From: Candidatus Saccharimonadota bacterium
GTDB taxonomy: Bacteria; Patescibacteriota; Gracilibacteria; BD1-5; UBA6164
DNA length: 32,000 nt
NCBI GenBank assembly: GCA_965229705.1
Contig: OZ245922.1
Coordinates: 930,001-962,000 of the forward strand
Direction of reading: 5' to 3'
Part shown: positions 31,532-32,000 of the stretch, in pieces
Numbering within the stretch: the first letter of the stretch is position 1
Layout of the letters: each line of letters opens with the position of its first letter
Position numbers and translations under genes: made by a program
The notes under the pieces: model-generated
What the model saw: the letters and a program-made list of their open reading frames with translations, nothing else
The model's database searches: none
What the model was told of the DNA's origin: nothing

Positions 31532-31957
31532 ATGAAGTACAGAGTATACATTTTGATGTGATTTTGCATACTTTTTTCTGCATTTTTTTGAACACAGGCG
31601 TGATTTTTTGATGACTTTCTCAATGATGGAGCACCAGAAATTCGCTATTGTCAGTGAGATTATGAGTGTGGTCTTGACCAGGGAATAGAAAAAGTAAAAG
31701 AAGGTATTACAGATATCGAAACAGAGAGAACCGCCTCTGAGTATGTCCAAGATTTGGTAGTATACATACTGACATTTTTATCTATAGTGGCAGTACTGTA
31801 TATCATATATGCGGGTTTCCAGATCCTCCTTGGAGGATGAGATGAAGAAAAAGTCAAAAAATCAAAACAAACTATCCTGTATGTTGCTATAGGTGTTATA
31901 GTGATTTGGCTTGCTTGGCCTATAACCAGTTTTATATTATTGCTTCTTAACGCATAG
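31532..31957 (+). CDS. VirB2/TrbC-like type IV secretion pilin (CPR-type T4SS pilin)
   Basis: Signal peptide MKYRVYILMGFCILFSAFFGTQA. Two C-terminal helices follow: YVQDLVVYILTFLSIVAVLYIIYAGFQILLGGGDEEKVKKSKQTILYVAIGVIVIWLAWPITSFILLLLNA. 141 aa; 5 TGA = Gly. Confidence 0.7.
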
Positions 31958-31960
31958 ATT

Positions 31961-32000
31961 ATGTCAGACACAAAAACGGACTTTTATAAAAGAAAAAGAG
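31961..32000 (+). CDS. start of a further ORF (MSDTKTDFYKRKR...), truncated by window end
   Basis: ATG 4 nt after the pilin stop, open to the window edge. Too short to classify. Confidence 0.3.
   Translation, partial: MSDTKTDFYKRKR

Noticed and set aside
31145-31971. Minus-strand track ORFs 31145..31387, 31406..31750 and 31660..31971
   Set aside because: 31145..31387 is out of frame relative to the TraB/GumN-like gene, whose real frame gives clean TM helices. The other two are antisense to the plus-strand VirB2-like pilin gene.

Overview
AT-rich bacterial chromosome segment that is only interpretable if TGA is read as glycine. That is translation table 25, the code of Gracilibacteria/BD1-5 and Absconditabacteria/SR1 (Patescibacteria/CPR). 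The supplied six-frame track treats TGA as stop, so almost every real gene is shattered, and several of its longest ORFs are out-of-frame or antisense shadows. I re-read both strands by hand with only TAA/TAG as stops and found about 35 tightly packed genes. In order they are: a PLDc_N-like membrane protein, trmD, cmk, a hypothetical gene, dnaK (CIRCE-like operator upstream), and a small hypothetical. Next come rplT-rpmI-infC-rpsT, pheT, and recA preceded by a Zn-ribbon gene and a DEDDh exonuclease. A complete ~1.44 kb IS follows; its rve/DDE transposase contains 5 in-frame TGA codons. After it come a sigma-70 region-4/HARE-HTH protein, a membrane protein, two type IV pilin-like genes, an RluD-like synthase and tsaD. 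Then a TagA/WecG-family glycosyltransferase, tyrA, pheA, rlmH and an M3 oligopeptidase. The window ends with an envelope-oriented block: a secreted beta-propeller protein, a PrsW protease, a transglutaminase-like/TPR protein, a TraB/GumN-like protein and a VirB2/TrbC-like pilin. I saw no rRNA, tRNA or CRISPR array. Oddities worth follow-up: an in-frame TAA splitting the transglutaminase/TPR gene; an apparent -1 frameshift in the TagA-like gene; ORFs that run through terminators or into convergent neighbours; a small pyrimidine-rich hairpin element present in at least two intergenic copies plus a possible in-frame copy inside the rluD-like gene; and no Shine-Dalgarno motifs at any start I checked. 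All coordinates come from manual translation and may be off by a few nt at starts.
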